Made by a program: the position numbers and the translations under genes
Notes under the pieces: generated by a model
The model's input: only the letters and a program-made list of their open reading frames with translations
Told to the model about the DNA's origin: nothing
Database searches by the model: none
NCBI GenBank assembly: GCA_020721165.1
Contig: DYNG01000001.1
Coordinates: 1 to 27,143, forward strand
Length of the DNA: 27,143 bases
From: Desulfocapsa sulfexigens
Lineage (GTDB): Bacteria; Desulfobacterota; Desulfobulbia; Desulfobulbales; Desulfocapsaceae
Direction of reading: 5' to 3'
Shown here: positions 25,411 to 27,143 of the stretch, in pieces
How the letters are laid out: every line of letters starts with the position of its first letter
Numbering within the stretch: the first letter of the stretch is position 1

Positions 25411-27143
25411 TCAACCTAAATCCTCGCCCTGCCCACCAGTTCTCACAGCAACAGCAGGAATCCCCTCCAGCACGATAATTTGCTGGAGACGATGAATAGT
25501 GTGTTCCCGTTCCGGTAAAAAAACAAGTACTGCCGACTGCCCGCTACAACGAAGACCCAATTCGGCAAGACACTCCCTTGAGAAGCGCAGGAATAAACCC
25601 TGGCGAAAAAGTCGTTTTGTACGGCCCTGCTCACTACAGGCAAACGATCCTGCCCCCCCCTCTGCTATTCCGTGCCGATACGCTTGAGTTTTGATCGCCT
25701 GCGGTTGTTCTTCCGTTCGCTCCACCTGGAGAAAGGATGGTAAAAAACGATGTCCGCACCGTAACCAGTCATAACGCAGAATCTCTAACAACAGGCGACT
25801 ATCCCCTCTCTTTACCACCTGTTGGTACAGCAGTCTCCCCATCAACTCCTGCGTAGCCGCCAGAGCGAAAAAATTTTCCTGCTGGCAGCAATACGCCAAT
25901 TCTTGAAAAAAGGAAAAAACATCTTCTCCTTTTCGCCGCAGATACTCCCAAAATGATGGAAAATAGCGATTGTTCACAAATTTTTCCACACATTCACACA
26001 ACCAGTAAAGCTCTCGCAGGGTGGCATGGTCCAACCATTGATTGGCCATAACGGCATAGGGAGGCCGACTGCAGCTCACAAACTGCCACAATGCGGCATC
26101 ACGACTGAGCGCTGTTCCCGGGAGAAGCTTCAGGAGTCCCATCTGTAAATAATGAGCCCCGGTGGCAAAAAGATCGGCAAAAGAATGAGCAAAGCTCTCT
26201 TTCGTTTCAAAGGGAAGACCAAGGATAAGATCGGCATGAAGATGAATGGAACCAATCTGGGCCAATCTTTTGATCGTGTGGAGAACGACCTGACTGACCG
26301 TTGACCGCCGGACCGCTTTCAAGGTCGGGGGATGGGTGGACTGCACCCCTATTTCAAACTGGAAACGACCAGCCGGGACAGTTTGCAGAAAAGCAAACAT
26401 TTCTTCAGTGAAATTGACTGGACTGATTTCAAAATGAAAAAGGGTATCTCCCGGTCGCTCCAGAAGAAACTGCCAGATGGCCAGTGCCCGTTCGGGACGG
26501 TCATTAAAAGTGCGGTCAACAAAACGAAGGGTCGCCGGCTGGTGATCAAGAATCTGGGCAAGCTCCCGCTTCACCAGGGCCAGTTCTTTATGCACCACTC
26601 CATGATCCGCCGAAGAAAGGCAATAGGAACAGGAAAAAGGACAACCGCGCGAACTTTCGTAATAAATGCAGCGATTATGCAGATGAGTACTGAAATCGGC
26701 CTCTCGATACGGCGACACCAGAAGGCCCTTCTGCGCGCTTCCACCCTGGAGAAAACGCCCCTCATAGTAAGGGGCCAGCCTCCTATTTTCCAGATCCCGA
26801 TAAAAGGAGGCCCCCACCGCCTCCATCTCCCCGCTGACCACCGTACAGTGGGACAACAAGGGATTTTCCCTGATTACCAAAGCCTGAGGCCCACCCACCA
26901 CAAATCCACAGTCGGGACGACAGATTTTCAGGTCATGGATAAGCTGTTCTATTCGATCAGAATTCCAGATTGCAGCCGAAAAAAAGATATAATCAGGACT
27001 TCCCGCGCTCAGTCGCAACAATGTTTCATAATAGGAATCATTGATTGTCCATTGACACACTTCTACTGTGACTGAAGGGCAATGGCGCTCCAACTCATTG
27101 CGAACATGAAAAACGGCCAGGCTGGAATGGGTAAAACGGGCAT
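25411..27143 (-). CDS. B12-binding-domain radical SAM protein (DUF4080-type); 5' end lies outside the window
   Basis: The frame is open to the window edge (ARFTHSSLAVFHVRNELE). It has FSAAIWN..VVGGP (B12-binding-like), YESSRGCPFSCSYC (CxxxCxxC), FVDRTFN, EIGVQS, DLILGLP, LKLLPGT. Confidence 0.92.
   Translation of the reverse strand, partial: ARFTHSSLAVFHVRNELERHCPSVTVEVCQWTINDSYYETLLRLSAGSPDYIFFSAAIWNSDRIEQLIHDLKICRPDCGFVVGGPQALVIRENPLLSHCTVVSGEMEAVGASFYRDLENRRLAPYYEGRFLQGGSAQKGLLVSPYREADFSTHLHNRCIYYESSRGCPFSCSYCLSSADHGVVHKELALVKRELAQILDHQPATLRFVDRTFNDRPERALAIWQFLLERPGDTLFHFEISPVNFTEEMFAFLQTVPAGRFQFEIGVQSTHPPTLKAVRRSTVSQVVLHTIKRLAQIGSIHLHADLILGLPFETKESFAHSFADLFATGAHYLQMGLLKLLPGTALSRDAALWQFVSCSRPPYAVMANQWLDHATLRELYWLCECVEKFVNNRYFPSFWEYLRRKGEDVFSFFQELAYCCQQENFFALAATQELMGRLLYQQVVKRGDSRLLLEILRYDWLRCGHRFLPSFLQVERTEEQPQAIKTQAYRHGIAEGGAGSFACSEQGRTKRLFRQGLFLRFSRECLAELGLRCSGQSAVLVFLPEREHTIHRLQQIIVLEGIPAVAVRTGGQGEDLG

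Noticed and set aside
26332-27075. 247-aa plus-strand ORF
   Set aside because: Antisense shadow of the radical SAM gene with no recognisable motifs.
1-27143. CRISPR arrays, IS elements, sigma54 promoters
   Set aside because: No regularly spaced repeats or transposase motifs. TGGCAC-like sites near 1569 and 10869 lack the correctly spaced TTGC.

Overview
A gene-dense bacterial chromosomal window with about 24 real CDSs. Gene content and order suggest a sulfate- or sulfur-metabolising deltaproteobacterium (Desulfobulbales-like; this is inference). I found no rRNA, tRNA, CRISPR array or mobile element. From left to right: the 3' part of pilC; ihfA; a minus-strand heme/cytochrome-c cluster (TlpA redoxin, a small secreted ExtJ-like protein ending in GC with its own consensus promoter and terminator, a family-16-like methyltransferase, sirC, ccsA, hemA, a hypothetical gene); surA and recO; a divergent biotin ligase paired with a double biotinyl-domain protein; a His-tailed exported protein; a tandem-repeat diheme cytochrome c; a T7-gp4/Twinkle-like primase-helicase with a degenerate Toprim domain; a 1,121-aa helical-repeat/cNMP/PilZ protein; maf, fabL and a DUF362 gene; a three-gene signalling unit (GAF-PAS histidine kinase, REC-DUF4388-Roadblock regulator, Roadblock protein); and a 5'-truncated B12-binding radical SAM gene. 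The best candidates for undescribed systems are the kinase/REC-PATAN-Roadblock/Roadblock module, the primase-dead Twinkle-like helicase, the Cys-tailed diheme cytochrome, and the atypical biotin ligase/carrier pair. All family calls come from motif reading, not database searches.
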